Part shown: piece by piece, positions 1 through 9,533 of the stretch
Numbering within the stretch: the stretch's first letter is position 1
How the letters are laid out: every line of letters begins with the position of its first letter
Source: Eubacteriales bacterium
Lineage (GTDB): Bacteria; Bacillota; Clostridia; Christensenellales; Aristaeellaceae
Assembly (NCBI GenBank): GCA_031554475.1
Contig: JAVBVF010000022.1
Location: 21,767 to 85,766 of the forward strand
Length of the DNA stretch: 64,000 bases
Reading direction: 5' to 3'
Notes under the pieces: generated by a model
Database searches by the model: none
What the model was told of the DNA's origin: nothing
What the model saw: only the letters and a program-made list of their open reading frames with translations
Translations under genes and position numbers: made by a program

Positions 1-302
1 TACCCGCAGCCGAAGCCCGAGGCCAGACAGCCGGTACCATACCAAGGCATGAAGTAAGGGATGAAGTCATCATGGACCCGGCGCAGGTGCTCCAGCGCGC
101 CTTCGGTTTGGATTTTCAGCATGACCGCGGGGTCAGAAAAATAGGAGAGGGGACGGCTGGAACCAAAGCTGAAATACACGGGACAGTAGGCCACCACTGG
201 CAGATCCTCCGCACGCCGGATGGGTTTGTGCGCGAAGGCTGCCTCGAACTTCTCATAACGTCGCGTTAACTCAAAACCGCGCCATTCCGGTTGCCGATAC
301 AT
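1..302 (-). CDS. URO-D/MtaA-like (uroporphyrinogen decarboxylase family) protein, N-terminal part; gene runs off the window start
   Basis: Hand translation of the minus strand from ATG at 302-300 (GAGGTG RBS about 6 nt upstream) gives MYRQPEWRGFELTRRYEKFEAAFAHKPIRRAEDLPVVAYCPVYFSFGS...DDFIPYFMPWYGTGCLASGFGC, with no stop before the window edge. Not in the ORF track because it has no stop. The family call is tentative. Confidence 0.4.
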   Translation of the reverse strand, partial: MYRQPEWRGFELTRRYEKFEAAFAHKPIRRAEDLPVVAYCPVYFSFGSSRPLSYFSDPAVMLKIQTEGALEHLRRVHDDFIPYFMPWYGTGCLASGFGCG

Positions 303-364
303 TGCCAACACCTCACTGTTGCTACAAAATGGGTACCGCTGGCGGATGGCCGATGGGGCCGCCC

Positions 365-1759
365 TTAGACCGACTGCCCGCGAAGGGCCTTATGGATGCT
401 TTGGGCGGCGGTTTTCCCCGCCCCCATGGCCAGGATAACGGTGGCGGCTCCCGTGACCGCGTCTCCGCCGGCCCACACGCCCTCCTTGGTGGTCAGACCT
501 TCTTCATTCGCAATAAGGCATTCCCAGCGGTTTACGGAAAGGCCAGGGGTGGTGGAGGCGATCAGGGGATTGGGGGAGGTGCCAAGGGCCATGATCACCA
601 TGTCCACGGGCAAAGTGAAATCGGTGCCTTCCAGCGTCATCGGCCGCCGACGGCCCGAATCGTCCGGCTCGCCAAGACCCATGCGAATGCAGGTCATGCC
701 TGTTACCCAGCCCTTTTCGTCCACCAAAATTTCGGTGGGGTTGGTCAGGAATTCAAAATGGATCCCTTCCTCTTTGGCGTGGTGCACTTCCTCCACCCGG
801 GCAGGCAATTCCTTTTCGCTCCGCCGGTAGACAACGGTCACCTCCGCGCCGTTGCGCAGGGCCGTTCGAGCGGCGTCCATGGCCACGTTGCCGCCGCCCA
901 CCACCGCCACCCGCCTGCCGGTATGCAAAGGGGTATCCGCCCCGGGTTGACCGGCCCGCATGAGGTTGGCCCGGGTCAGGTACTCGTTGGCGGAAAATAC
1001 CCCGTTGGCGTTTTCCCCGGGGATGCCCATAAACTTGGGCAAGCCTGCGCCGCTGCCAATGAACACGGCGTCGAATTTCTCGTTGCGCATGAGTTCATCG
1101 ATGGTGACGGAGCGACCCACCACCGTATTGGTCTCGATCTCCACCCCCAGGCGCTTCACGCCTTCCACTTCGCTGGCCACCACCCGCTCCTTGGGGAGGC
1201 GGAACTCCGGAATGCCGTAGACCAGTACCCCGCCCGCTTCGTGGAGGGCTTCAAAGATTTTCACGGCATACCCTTTGCGCGCCAGTTCCCCGGCGCAGGT
1301 GAGCCCCGCGGGCCCGCTGCCGATGACCGCCACCCGCTTGCCGTTTGGAGGAATGGGCGCCGGCTTTGTAGGCTGAAGCTCCCGGGCGCTGTCGGCCACG
1401 AAGCGTTCCAGCTTGCCAATGCTCACCGGATCGCCCTTGTTGCTGAGCACGCAAAGTCCCTCACACTGGGTTTCCTGGGGGCACACGCGACCGCATACCG
1501 CAGGCAGGGCCGAGTCTTTGGCGATCACGGCGGCGGCACCCGCCACGTCCCCTTGTCGTAACTTGCCAATAAAGCCAGGAATATCAATCAATACTGGGCA
1601 GCCCTGCACGCATTTGGGCTTTTTGCAGTTGAGGCAGCGGGCCGCCTCCTGCAGCGCTTCCTCCAAATTGTAGCCCAGGCAAACCTCTTCAAAATTCGCT
1701 CTGCGCGATTGAGCGGGCTGCTCACGCACGGGTACGCGCTTGTACTCAAGCATGGACAT
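365..1759 (-). CDS. nfnB: NfnB/SudA/GltD-type NAD(P)H oxidoreductase large subunit (glutamate-synthase small-chain-like, 2x[4Fe-4S] + FAD)
   Basis: Within ORF 365-1966. ATG at 1759 (or 1753) follows GGAAGGAGGG. Cys clusters CLNCKKPKCVQGCP and CGRVCPQETQCEGLC; dinucleotide folds VAVIGSGPAGL and VAVVGGGNVAMD. Overlaps the upstream partner gene by 14 nt. Confidence 0.85.
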   Translation of the reverse strand: MSMLEYKRVPVREQPAQSRRANFEEVCLGYNLEEALQEAARCLNCKKPKCVQGCPVLIDIPGFIGKLRQGDVAGAAAVIAKDSALPAVCGRVCPQETQCEGLCVLSNKGDPVSIGKLERFVADSARELQPTKPAPIPPNGKRVAVIGSGPAGLTCAGELARKGYAVKIFEALHEAGGVLVYGIPEFRLPKERVVASEVEGVKRLGVEIETNTVVGRSVTIDELMRNEKFDAVFIGSGAGLPKFMGIPGENANGVFSANEYLTRANLMRAGQPGADTPLHTGRRVAVVGGGNVAMDAARTALRNGAEVTVVYRRSEKELPARVEEVHHAKEEGIHFEFLTNPTEILVDEKGWVTGMTCIRMGLGEPDDSGRRRPMTLEGTDFTLPVDMVIMALGTSPNPLIASTTPGLSVNRWECLIANEEGLTTKEGVWAGGDAVTGAATVILAMGAGKTAAQSIHKALRGQSV

Positions 1760-2639
1760 GGCCCTCCTTCCCGCAGCACCCGCCGTGGTGGGCGCCCTCT
1801 TGGAATGCCAGCATGGCGCGGCCTTCTGCAGTTTTGTAAACCGTCTGGCGGCTGAGCGCCTCGTCGAAATCCACCAGATGGGCGTCGAACTCCGGCCCAT
1901 CCACACAGGCGAACTTGGTTTGCCTGCCCACGGTAATGCGGCATGCGCCGCACATGCCCGTGCCATCCATCATGATGGGGTTGAGGCTGGCCACGGTGGG
2001 GATGCCCAGCTCCTTGGTCAACAGGGCGCAAAACTTCATCATGATCATGGGGCCGATGATGACGCAATGATCGTAGTGTTTTCCCTGGTGCTGCACCAGA
2101 TCCCTGAGCACGTCCGTCACCAGGCCCTGGACGCCTGCGGAGCCGTCGTTGGTGGCGATGTACACGTCGCCCGCCACGGCCCGGATTTCATCCGCCAGGA
2201 TCAAAAGCCCCGCTTCCCGTGCGCCGATGATGCAATCGCAGGTTATGCCCAGGTCGTGCAGATATTTGATTTGCGGGTATACGGGCGCTGCCCCCACGCC
2301 CCCCGCCACAAAGAGGATGTTTTTCTTGCGCAACGCTTCCACAGGCTCCTGGGTCAGCTCGCTAGGGAGGCCCAGAGGGCCTGTGACCGTGTCAAAGCTG
2401 TCGCCAACTTTCAATTCCGCCATTTTGGCCGTGGAGGCGCCCACCACCTGAAATACCAGGGTCACGGTTTGGGCGGCGCGGTCGTAGTCGCAGATGGTCA
2501 GGGGGATCCGCTCCCCTTTGTCCCCCAGGCGAACGATCAGGAACTGCCCGGGCAGGCAGTTGGAAGCCACTCGCGGCGCGAGAACGTCCATCAGCAGGGT
2601 GCCCGCCGTCAACTGGCGAACGGTTTGAATGGTATACAA
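1746..2639 (-). CDS. nfnA: NfnA/SudB/PyrK-type FAD/[2Fe-2S] electron-transfer subunit
   Basis: Within ORF 1746-2705. C-terminal DGTGMCGACRITVGRQTKFACVDGPEF 2Fe-2S motif and a ferredoxin-reductase-like body. The likely start is TTG at 2639, 9 nt after AAGGAG; the ORF-track start at 2705 has no RBS. Confidence 0.8.
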   Translation of the reverse strand: MYTIQTVRQLTAGTLLMDVLAPRVASNCLPGQFLIVRLGDKGERIPLTICDYDRAAQTVTLVFQVVGASTAKMAELKVGDSFDTVTGPLGLPSELTQEPVEALRKKNILFVAGGVGAAPVYPQIKYLHDLGITCDCIIGAREAGLLILADEIRAVAGDVYIATNDGSAGVQGLVTDVLRDLVQHQGKHYDHCVIIGPMIMMKFCALLTKELGIPTVASLNPIMMDGTGMCGACRITVGRQTKFACVDGPEFDAHLVDFDEALSRQTVYKTAEGRAMLAFQEGAHHGGCCGKEGHVHA

Positions 2640-2689
2640 GGGCAATCTCTCCTTATGTTCAGATGAAGGGGCATGAAGCGGAGGGAAAT

Positions 2690-3658
2690 TTACAGGGGAA
2701 AGCATGCGCTGTGCGCATCGCCGTGGCCTAAACTAACGGCCATTTGCCACTCATAAGAGCCTTTGGCGGGGATGGTGGAGACCTGCCCCCAAAGGCGTGC
2801 TGCGTCGGGGCGGTCAAAGGCGCAGGTGCAGGGTTCCAGAAAGATGTTATACAGCCCCCTGAAATCGCCCTCGTTATGGAGAATGCCGAGGTAGGGAACC
2901 GTTTTGGCGGTAAAGCTGAGCGCGAATACATCTCCGGCCGGATAGCTGACGGCGCACCAGCCTTTTTGCAGCTTATGTTCAAAATAATACTTTTCGCAGT
3001 TGCCCAGGCGCTCAGTCATTTGGCTCACATTACGCTGTATCCCATGGGAATCGGTGTACACGGGATAATCAAACCGGTTTCCATAGCCGCCGATGCGCCC
3101 CGTGTTGGTAAACACCGCCACGCCCCTTTGGCAGTCCGGCGGCACATGGAGCCTAAGCCCCGGCTCCGCCACCACCATGGTGTGGCCAGCCCAGAGAAAG
3201 TCCATGTCAAAGTGCGTGGGGTTTTCCGCCCGATAGGAAAGCAGGGCCACGTTTTCAGCGGGCATGGTGACTGTTTTATGCAGTACATAAGGAAGCCGCA
3301 CGCCATAACAGGAGAACTGAACACAGGCATCCGTCCGCTCCACACGGCAAGGCAGGTTCCACACCTCTCCGTGATCCGCAAGCATGGTTCCTGTCCAGGG
3401 GAAGCGCTCATAGGCGCAACGGTCGATGGTGGGGAACATATCATCCAAGCCGGAACATTCCCCGTCCACATACGCCCCGTCAAAAGGCTGCCGGAGATAG
3501 GCCGCCTCCGGCCGCTGCACCAGATACTCCTTATTAAGGGCCTTGCTGTAGGCGCTGACCATGCCCGCGCCCGTGTCGGGCACAAAGACGAACCGGGCTT
3601 GGTCGCTTTCCAACTGAATGGCCCGCTGATCCTTATAGGTGGTTTCCGAAATGCGCAT
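2690..3658 (-). CDS. aldose 1-epimerase (galactose mutarotase-like) family protein
   Basis: 322-aa ORF with AAGGAGGG RBS. HGEVW and LEPCT motifs and the overall beta-sandwich-type sequence resemble mutarotase-fold proteins. Confidence 0.6.
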   Translation of the reverse strand: MRISETTYKDQRAIQLESDQARFVFVPDTGAGMVSAYSKALNKEYLVQRPEAAYLRQPFDGAYVDGECSGLDDMFPTIDRCAYERFPWTGTMLADHGEVWNLPCRVERTDACVQFSCYGVRLPYVLHKTVTMPAENVALLSYRAENPTHFDMDFLWAGHTMVVAEPGLRLHVPPDCQRGVAVFTNTGRIGGYGNRFDYPVYTDSHGIQRNVSQMTERLGNCEKYYFEHKLQKGWCAVSYPAGDVFALSFTAKTVPYLGILHNEGDFRGLYNIFLEPCTCAFDRPDAARLWGQVSTIPAKGSYEWQMAVSLGHGDAHSACFPL

Positions 3659-3670
3659 GGGCAGCCCTCC

Positions 3671-4672
3671 TTATGTAGAGGCGTTTTCGTTGGGTTGCAG
3701 ATGGAGCAGCAGCAATCCCGCCAGGTCACCTAGGGGGTTTCCACTGTGTTTCACCCGCAGGCGGCTGATTGCCTCCCAGGTAAAGGCCAAGCCCGTCAAG
3801 GCTTTTTGCGCGATGACGGGAAGATCGGCGTCCATGGCATCGGTAAACAAGGCAACCTCTACCATAAGGTCGTCCTGTAACTGTATGCCAAGCCGCGCCT
3901 CGCCCCAGGGAAAGCGATCATGCACCTCCCTGGAAAATTCTAGGCTCCGCCCCAGCACCCAATCCCGGGAACGGTATTTCTCTTCATAGGCACGCAGCAC
4001 CGGATTCTCCGGCGAAACGTTGGGGGATGGCACTACCGGCGCGCCGTACACGCGGCCCAGCGCATGGGTCAGCGCGCCGCAAAGGGCCGCAACCGTGATG
4101 GAGGGGCAGACCTCCTGGAGATTGACAACCCGCGCGCCCACAGAGGCGATCCCCTTGCTTTGCAGCTTCAACTCCGAGGGCTTGAGGTAGCGGGTGAGCT
4201 TTTGCATGTCCACATTCAAAAGGAGCGTGCCATGGTGCAGGCAGTAGCCCTTTTCCTGCAAAAAGGCGTTGCCGGAAAATTTCAGCCCGCCCAAGAGAAT
4301 ATCGTTTCGGCCGCTGACCTCCGCGTTCAGGCCAAATTCTTTGAGCGCTTCCAGAATCACGGAAAGCTGACGGGGGACGTCGTACTCCCGCTCGGGCACC
4401 ACAAAGGAAAAATTCAAATTTCCAAGATCATGGTATACCGCGCCGCCGCCAGAGGGCCTGCGCACCAGTGCGCCGCCCTCCGCCTCCAGCTCGGCCACGC
4501 GGCATTCCCGCCAGGCGCTTTGGTTGCGGCCAATGACAACCGTATGTTGGTTCTGCCACAGGTACAGGACGCATACGCCCGGGCGGGCGGCTGACAAAAG
4601 GGTGGATTCCACCGCCAGGTTGTGGACAGGATCCAGGGAGGTTTCTTGCAGCAGCAAGCATTGGTCGATCAT
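3671..4672 (-). CDS. lplA: lipoate-protein ligase A
   Basis: Within ORF 3671-4735; ATG at 4672 gives MIDQCLLLQETSLDPVHNLAVES. Motifs RRPSGGGAVYHDLGNLNFSF and KFSGNA are typical of LplA. Confidence 0.88.
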   Translation of the reverse strand: MIDQCLLLQETSLDPVHNLAVESTLLSAARPGVCVLYLWQNQHTVVIGRNQSAWRECRVAELEAEGGALVRRPSGGGAVYHDLGNLNFSFVVPEREYDVPRQLSVILEALKEFGLNAEVSGRNDILLGGLKFSGNAFLQEKGYCLHHGTLLLNVDMQKLTRYLKPSELKLQSKGIASVGARVVNLQEVCPSITVAALCGALTHALGRVYGAPVVPSPNVSPENPVLRAYEEKYRSRDWVLGRSLEFSREVHDRFPWGEARLGIQLQDDLMVEVALFTDAMDADLPVIAQKALTGLAFTWEAISRLRVKHSGNPLGDLAGLLLLHLQPNENAST

Positions 4673-4811
4673 GGTGCATCGCCTGCCTGTCAAAAATGGG
4701 GTAGAGAAGGACGGGACCCAAAAGCGATGCCACAATGAGGAGAGGCTGCGAAACCCTGGGAGGGAAGGCGGAAGAGCAAGGGGTTCGCGCTCTGGTCTTT
4801 GAGCCGCGCGG

Positions 4812-5783
4812 TTACGATTTTCCTAGCAATTCATAGGCGCTTTGGAGAATGTTATCTGTGGTGAGCCCAAACATGGGGATCAGTTCCTCCAAAGGGCCGC
4901 TCCAGCCATACTGGTCGCGAACGCCGACCAGCCGCATGGGTACGGGGCATTTTTCACACAGGCACTCGGCCACAGCGCTGCCCACGCCGCCAAAAATATT
5001 ATGGTTTTCGCAAGTCACCACCCGCCCCGTTTTCTTCGCCGAGGCCACCAGGGTGGCCTCGTCTACAGGCTTGATGGCGGTCATGTTGACGACCTCGGCA
5101 CTGATACCTTCACGGCTAAGGATGTCCGCCGCCTCCAGCGCCCGAGCCACCATCATCCCGCTGGCCACCAGCGAGATATCCGTTCCTGGCCGAAGAACGG
5201 TGGAACGGTCCAGGGCGAAGCGGTGGTCTTTAGGGACCACAGGGCCATCGTATGGGGGGAGATCCCCGCGAATCATGCGGATATAGACGGGCCCCACATA
5301 AGCCATGGCCTGCTCGATGGCCTGTTCCAGCTCCGAGGGGTCGGCGCATTCCACCACGCGGATATTTGGGGTGGAACGCAAGATGGCAATATCGTTCATG
5401 CACTGATGGGTGGCGCCGGTGTTGGGGGTGGAGATGCCGGTATAGCAGCCGATCATCTTCACATTGGCTTTGGCGTACCCGATCTGCACATAGACCTGGT
5501 CGCAGGCCCGATGGGATAAAAAGCAGGAAAATAGCGGGACCACTGGGATCAAACCGCTGCGAGACAAGGCGAAAGCGAAGGAGACCGCCGCTTGCTCGGC
5601 AATGCCCATGGTCACATACCGCTGGGGAAAATGATCCCTGAAATCCAGCACATTGGTGGCGGTTCCGGTTTCCGCGTCTACCACCACCATGTTTTCGTAG
5701 CGCTGGCCCATGCGCACCAACGTATCGGCCAGCGCACTGCGAAAGCCCTTGAGGGATACGCCATACATCATTTTCTCACTCAT
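4812..5783 (-). CDS. transketolase, C-terminal (pyrimidine-binding) subunit of a split transketolase
   Basis: 323-aa ORF with FRDHFPQRYVTMGIAEQAAVSFAFALSRSG. ATGA overlap with the upstream N-terminal subunit gene. Confidence 0.88.
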   Translation of the reverse strand: MSEKMMYGVSLKGFRSALADTLVRMGQRYENMVVVDAETGTATNVLDFRDHFPQRYVTMGIAEQAAVSFAFALSRSGLIPVVPLFSCFLSHRACDQVYVQIGYAKANVKMIGCYTGISTPNTGATHQCMNDIAILRSTPNIRVVECADPSELEQAIEQAMAYVGPVYIRMIRGDLPPYDGPVVPKDHRFALDRSTVLRPGTDISLVASGMMVARALEAADILSREGISAEVVNMTAIKPVDEATLVASAKKTGRVVTCENHNIFGGVGSAVAECLCEKCPVPMRLVGVRDQYGWSGPLEELIPMFGLTTDNILQSAYELLGKS

Positions 5784-6682
5784 AGGCCTAACTCCTTCAT
5801 GCAGCGCTGGTAGCTGTTTTCATCCAAATGGCCCGCATGCCAATGGATGGCGTCTTCCTCCATAAAGGAGATGCCTGCGCCTTTTTTGGTGTCGCAAATG
5901 ATCACCCGGGGCTGGCCCGGCGCTGTTTCGGGCGCGCGGGCCAAATCGATGGCCTGGCGCAGGGCGGTCACGTCATGCCCATCCACCCGCTGCACATGCC
6001 AGCGGTAGGCCAGCCAGCGGGCCTGAAAGGGTTCCAGGTCCATCACCTGGGAGGTGGTGGAAGAGATGATGTATTTGTTGTAGTCCACCAGCGCCACCAA
6101 ATTGTCCAATTTCAGCTGTGCGCAAAGCGCTGCGCCCTCCCAGGTTTGGCCTTCGGTGCATTCGCCGTCGCCCAAGAGCACATATGCCCGCCGGTTCGCC
6201 TGATGGGCACGTTTGGCCGCCCAGGCATAGCCCGCGCCGTTAGAAAGGCCCATGCCCAGCGAACCGGTGGTGGCCTCCACGCCAGGAAGTTCCAAGTTGC
6301 AATGCTCCTGCAAAAGACCGCCCGCACGGTTAAATTCATTCCACAACATGTCCCGCTGAAAGAAGCCGCGCCAGGCCATGGCCGCGTAGAGAGCCGCAGA
6401 GCAATGCCCCTTGGACATGACAAAGATATCCCGCAGGGGCCATTCCGGTTCTTCAGGGCGCAGGTTCAAATGATGGCCGTACAATACGGCAAGGATCTCC
6501 GCGCAGGATAACTCGCCGCCCACATGGCTGGACTTGGTGCCGGAATAATAGGTGATTTCGATAATGTCCCGGCGAAGCTGCAGGGCAAAGGCCCGCAAGT
6601 CCTCGTCCGTCATGGGCGTATGATAATGGCTGATCACAGGAAGCGAGCTTTGGTTATGGTAGGTCGGTCTTGGGTGCGCCAA
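5780..6682 (-). CDS. transketolase, N-terminal (TPP-binding) subunit of a split transketolase
   Basis: Motifs SSHVGGELSCAEILAVLY and GDGECTEGQTWEGA. TTG at 6682 sits 6 nt after AAGGAGAGG; an alternative ATG at 6613 (MTDEDLRAF) has no RBS. Confidence 0.85.
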   Translation of the reverse strand: MAHPRPTYHNQSSLPVISHYHTPMTDEDLRAFALQLRRDIIEITYYSGTKSSHVGGELSCAEILAVLYGHHLNLRPEEPEWPLRDIFVMSKGHCSAALYAAMAWRGFFQRDMLWNEFNRAGGLLQEHCNLELPGVEATTGSLGMGLSNGAGYAWAAKRAHQANRRAYVLLGDGECTEGQTWEGAALCAQLKLDNLVALVDYNKYIISSTTSQVMDLEPFQARWLAYRWHVQRVDGHDVTALRQAIDLARAPETAPGQPRVIICDTKKGAGISFMEEDAIHWHAGHLDENSYQRCMKELGL

Positions 6683-6712
6683 TCAAATCCTCTCCTTATT
6701 CACCCTGCCGCG

Positions 6713-7690
6713 TTACCGCCAGAGGGTTTTACGCGCGGCGGCGGCAATCCGCTCCGCGGTAGGAACATTCAGGGTTTCCAGCTTGCGGGAGTAGGGCATG
6801 GGGACCTGGGCGGGGCTTATGCGCTCAATGGGCGCGTCCAGGTAGCGGAACGCCTGATTTTGCAGCTCGTAGGCGATTTCACCGCCAAAGGAACAGAAGG
6901 GGACCGCCTCCTGCGCGATCACGCACCGGCCGGTTTTTTGCACGGAGGCAATGATGGTGGCCATGTCCAGCGGTACCAGGGTGCGCGGATCGATGACCTC
7001 GGCCTGGATGCCCTCGGCTTCCAAAAGCGTGGCCGCATCCAGCGCCCGCTGCACCATGTAGGCTGTGGCCACGATGGTCACATCCGAGCCGGAACGCCGC
7101 ACATCCGCCACGCCGAAGGGCAGGGTGAAGTCCGGATCCTCCGGCACCTCGCCGCGCACCGCATAGAGCATTTTATGTTCACAAAAAACCACGGGGTTGT
7201 CGTCCCGAAGGGCGGTTTTCAAAAGCCCCTTGGCATCGGCTGGCGTGGCGGGGCAGGCTACCTTTAGCCCCGGGATTCCCGCGAACAGGCTCTCAAAGCA
7301 TTGAGCGTGCTGTGCGCCATTGCCGCGCCCGCAGCCCTGCTGCACCCGAAGGGTATAGGGCACATGGACCTTCCCGTCCGACATATAATGAATTTTGGCC
7401 ATTTGGTTCACTAGCTGATCCATGGCGCAGAGAATGAAATCCACGTACTGCATTTCCACCAGCGTATGGGTGCCCGTGATGGCGGCCCCAAGGCCAGCGC
7501 CCACAAAGGCGGCTTCCGAGATGGGCGTGGACAGAACCCGCCCGGGAAATTCCTCTGGAAGATCCAGCGAGCAACCGAATACGCCGCCAAATTTGGCGAT
7601 GTCTTCCCCCATGAAAAACAGCTTGGGATTTCGACGCATCTCCTCGGCGATGGCGTCGCGAATGGCGATAGAATACTTGATTACAGCCAT
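6713..7690 (-). CDS. TPP-dependent dehydrogenase E1 component beta subunit (AcoB/PdhB-like), copy 1, no adjacent E2/E3
   Basis: Within ORF 6713-7759; ATG at 7690 gives MAVIKYSIAIRDAIAEEMRRNPKLFFMGEDIAKFGGVFG. About 55-60% identical by eye to the second E1-beta at 28373. Confidence 0.88.
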   Translation of the reverse strand: MAVIKYSIAIRDAIAEEMRRNPKLFFMGEDIAKFGGVFGCSLDLPEEFPGRVLSTPISEAAFVGAGLGAAITGTHTLVEMQYVDFILCAMDQLVNQMAKIHYMSDGKVHVPYTLRVQQGCGRGNGAQHAQCFESLFAGIPGLKVACPATPADAKGLLKTALRDDNPVVFCEHKMLYAVRGEVPEDPDFTLPFGVADVRRSGSDVTIVATAYMVQRALDAATLLEAEGIQAEVIDPRTLVPLDMATIIASVQKTGRCVIAQEAVPFCSFGGEIAYELQNQAFRYLDAPIERISPAQVPMPYSRKLETLNVPTAERIAAAARKTLWR

Positions 7691-7700
7691 ATTTTTTTCC

Positions 7701-8666
7701 TCACGCAAACAAATTGGACAAAAGCGCCGAATCCTCCGGATCGGGGCTGGACTGGGCAAAGGCTACGCTCTCTTCCACCCGCTGGTCGATCTTGCGGGCC
7801 ATTTCCTCCAGTTCCGCGCCGGCAGCGTAGCCCTTTTCCAGGATGAATTGCTTAAGGCGCACAATGGGGCAGCGAGCTTTCCACTCGTCCACCTCTTCCC
7901 GGGTGCGGTATCCGCCATAGGAATAGGCATCGCCTGGCCAATGGCCGGACCAGCGGTAGGTTTTGGCTTCCAGCAGGGAGGGCCCACGGCCTTGGCGGGC
8001 ATGGTCGATGCATTCCCGATAGGCTTTTTCCAGGGCGAAAACATCGTTGCCGTCTACCGTCAGGCCTGGCATCCCATAGCCGGCGGCGCGCAGGGCGATA
8101 TCCTGCACCGAGCAGCTTTCCTGGGCGGTGGTGAACACCTCATACCCATTGTTCTCCACCACGAAGATGACCGGCAATTTCCACACCGCCGCCAGGTTCA
8201 TGCTTTCGTGGGTGACCCCTTCATTGGAAGCGCCTTCCCCAAGGAAACAAAACACCACGCGGTCCGTATGGTTCACAAGTTTCAGCGTGATGCCCGCCCC
8301 GCAGGCAAGAGACGTGCCGCCGCCCACAATGCCGTTGGTTCCCAATAGGCCGTTGGAGGCGTCAAACATATGCATGGAGCCGCCCTTTCCGCCGGAAAGA
8401 CCGGTGGCTTTTCCAAAGAGCTCGGCCATGACCCTGTTAATATCGCTGCCGCAAAGGATGGTGTGGCCTACGCCCCGATGGGTGCTGGTAAACAGGTCAC
8501 CCTCCTGGCGGAGCAGCATCGCTACCGCGCCCACGGCTTCTTCCCCGATATACAGGTGCAGCGACCCCGTGACCAGGCCCTCTTTGTAAAGCTCGTCAGA
8601 CCGTTCTTCAAAACGCCTGGAAAGCAGCATGTTTTGGTAAAGCGCTAGAATTTCTTTCTCGTTCAT
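7701..8666 (-). CDS. TPP-dependent dehydrogenase E1 component alpha subunit (AcoA/PdhA-like), copy 1
   Basis: 321-aa ORF with GGAGGAG RBS. Motifs HLYIGEEAVG, GGKGGSMHMF, GEGASNEG and YRWSGHWPGD. Confidence 0.88.
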   Translation of the reverse strand: MNEKEILALYQNMLLSRRFEERSDELYKEGLVTGSLHLYIGEEAVGAVAMLLRQEGDLFTSTHRGVGHTILCGSDINRVMAELFGKATGLSGGKGGSMHMFDASNGLLGTNGIVGGGTSLACGAGITLKLVNHTDRVVFCFLGEGASNEGVTHESMNLAAVWKLPVIFVVENNGYEVFTTAQESCSVQDIALRAAGYGMPGLTVDGNDVFALEKAYRECIDHARQGRGPSLLEAKTYRWSGHWPGDAYSYGGYRTREEVDEWKARCPIVRLKQFILEKGYAAGAELEEMARKIDQRVEESVAFAQSSPDPEDSALLSNLFA

Positions 8667-8687
8667 GGGTTCTCCTCCGCTTTGCGA

Positions 8688-9455
8688 TCAATCCATCACA
8701 AGACCGCCGTTGATATCCAAAATTTCGCCAGTAATATAGCGGGCGCGGCGATTGGAGGCCAGAAACAGCACCCCGTAAGCAATATCGTCAGGTTGGCCCA
8801 GACCTAGAGGGACCGCCTTGACGATGTTTTCCTTGCCGCTGCCCCCTGCCCCGGGCAAATGGGCCTGCTGTTCGATCATGTTGGTATCAATGGGGCCGGG
8901 GCAGATTCCGTTCACACGCACATTGTCCTTGGCAAGCTGTACGGCAAAATGGAAGGTCAGGGAGTTGATGGCTCCCTTGGAGGCCACATAGGCAGGGGAG
9001 GGGTTCATTCCGCCGGTTTTGGCCGCCCCTGCCGAGATGTTCACGATGGCGCCGCTGTGCTGCTTGCGCATGATCATTCCGGCAAAACGGCTGCAAAAAT
9101 AGGTGCCCCGGGTGTTGATGTTCATCACCAGGTCCCAACCCGCTTGCGCATGATCGGGGAATTTCTCAAAGGAAATAATACCCGCGCTGTTCACCAGCAC
9201 GTCCAGGCGGCCAAAGCGCTGCTGAATGGTTTCAAAAACCCGCTGCACGGCTGCCTCATCGGAAATGTCAAGTTTCATAGGGGTCACGGCCAGACCTTCC
9301 GCCGTCAGTTTGTCCGCCATGGCTTGCAGGGCGGTTTCATTCACGTCCAGCGCGATGACCGTGGCCGATTCCCGCGCGAACATGGCCGCGCAGGCTTCCC
9401 CGATGCCCGCTGCCGCGCCAGTGATCGCCACAATTTGCCCCTGATATTCGCCCAT
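8688..9455 (-). CDS. SDR-family oxidoreductase
   Basis: TGAAAGIG Rossmann motif and a YVASKGA (YxxxK) catalytic motif; AGGAGGG RBS. Confidence 0.85.
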   Translation of the reverse strand: MGEYQGQIVAITGAAAGIGEACAAMFARESATVIALDVNETALQAMADKLTAEGLAVTPMKLDISDEAAVQRVFETIQQRFGRLDVLVNSAGIISFEKFPDHAQAGWDLVMNINTRGTYFCSRFAGMIMRKQHSGAIVNISAGAAKTGGMNPSPAYVASKGAINSLTFHFAVQLAKDNVRVNGICPGPIDTNMIEQQAHLPGAGGSGKENIVKAVPLGLGQPDDIAYGVLFLASNRRARYITGEILDINGGLVMD

Positions 9456-9533
9456 GGATATCCCTCCTGATCGAAACGGCCGCGCAGCATCGCTTGACGC
9501 GATCCCGCACGACCGTTTGCTAAGCGATGGCGG

